The notes beneath the pieces are model-generated. The model saw nothing but the letters and a program-made list of their open reading frames with translations. It searched no databases and was not told the origin of the DNA. The translations under genes were made by a program, and so were the position numbers. From sequence record LR535912.1: 33,000 nt of DNA, one strand, 5' to 3'. The stretch's first letter is position 1, and every line of letters begins with the position of its first letter. Positions 32,709-33,000 of the stretch are shown here, piece after piece.

Positions 32709-33000
32709 ATTGATGTTATCCGTGTGCGGACGTCATTTGAGGAGTGGACGCTTGCCGAGCGCGTGGCCTACCCTGGTATCCGCGTGAAGGTCGAGCAGGA
32801 TGTTGTGATCGATATGGTACAGCCACCTGTCGCTCCCGTGATAAAGGAAATGGCAATCCCGCAACGTATTAAGTTGCGGATGAATGTCCTGACAGACGTG
32901 CAGCGTGTGAGCCGTAGTTCATTCATGACGACGGATAAGCCCATCCCTATCCCGATTCTGGATGATATTCTCGCAGAGGCTGCCGATACAACAAATATCA
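32649..33000 (+). CDS. C-terminal part of a probable virion protein starting outside the window
   Basis: Open frame ...KEMAIPQRIKLRMNVYPGIRVKVEQDVVID...DRDMDGFRLDQLPK* (TGA 32691-32693). Confidence 0.6.

Larger units (their letters stand above)
1..33000. other. Whole window is 60-nt blocks in reversed order (junctions between positions 8 and 9 mod 60); artefact or shuffle
   Basis: Joining blocks in descending order restores Dam, Tmk, RuvC and GNAT motifs in canonical order, removes junction stops, and rebuilds split hairpins (2689-2708+2589-2592; 15600-15608+15489-15505; 22375-22388+22269-22278; 27231-27248+27129-27137). The same phase holds from about 9 to about 33000. Confidence 0.98.

Noticed and set aside
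1-33000. Biological gene scrambling (ciliate-like) or programmed rearrangement
   Set aside because: The period is exactly 60 nt regardless of gene boundaries, covers intergenic DNA equally, and has no pointer repeats or intervening eliminated sequences. It matches text-line width rather than any known mechanism.
1-33000. CRISPR array, tRNA, rRNA, integrase or transposase
   Set aside because: No regularly spaced repeats, cloverleaf or recognisable motifs were seen by eye in either order; tRNAscan-SE on the reordered sequence would confirm.

Overview
Phage DNA, most likely from a phiKZ-related (Chimalliviridae-type) jumbo myophage of an enterobacterial host, but the window is not in native order. 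It consists of exact 60-nt blocks (each starting at a position = 9 mod 60, e.g. 19509-19568). Each block reads sense on +, but the blocks are stacked in reverse order. Reading blocks from 33000 down to 1 restores intact genes (Dam, thymidylate kinase, RuvC, GNAT acetyltransferases, a ~1005-aa tail protein), UUCG terminator hairpins and promoter copies that are split in the given sequence. This is the signature of a file-handling artefact (60-column FASTA lines reversed in order, or reverse-complemented line by line) or a deliberate block shuffle, not biology. The supplied ORF track is therefore chimeric. All CDS coordinates below are the spans of blocks holding each reconstructed gene: the start codon lies in the highest block and the stop in the lowest. 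Lengths were counted by hand, and family calls come from motif recognition only, with no database searches. After reordering, all genes lie on one strand. The most interesting content is a cluster of 3-5 GNATs with Dam, an orphan QueC-like PP-loop protein, a GH8-like tail protein, a family of virion paralogues and a repeated TTTCAGATA-AT-TTA promoter. No tRNA, rRNA, CRISPR array or mobile element was seen.
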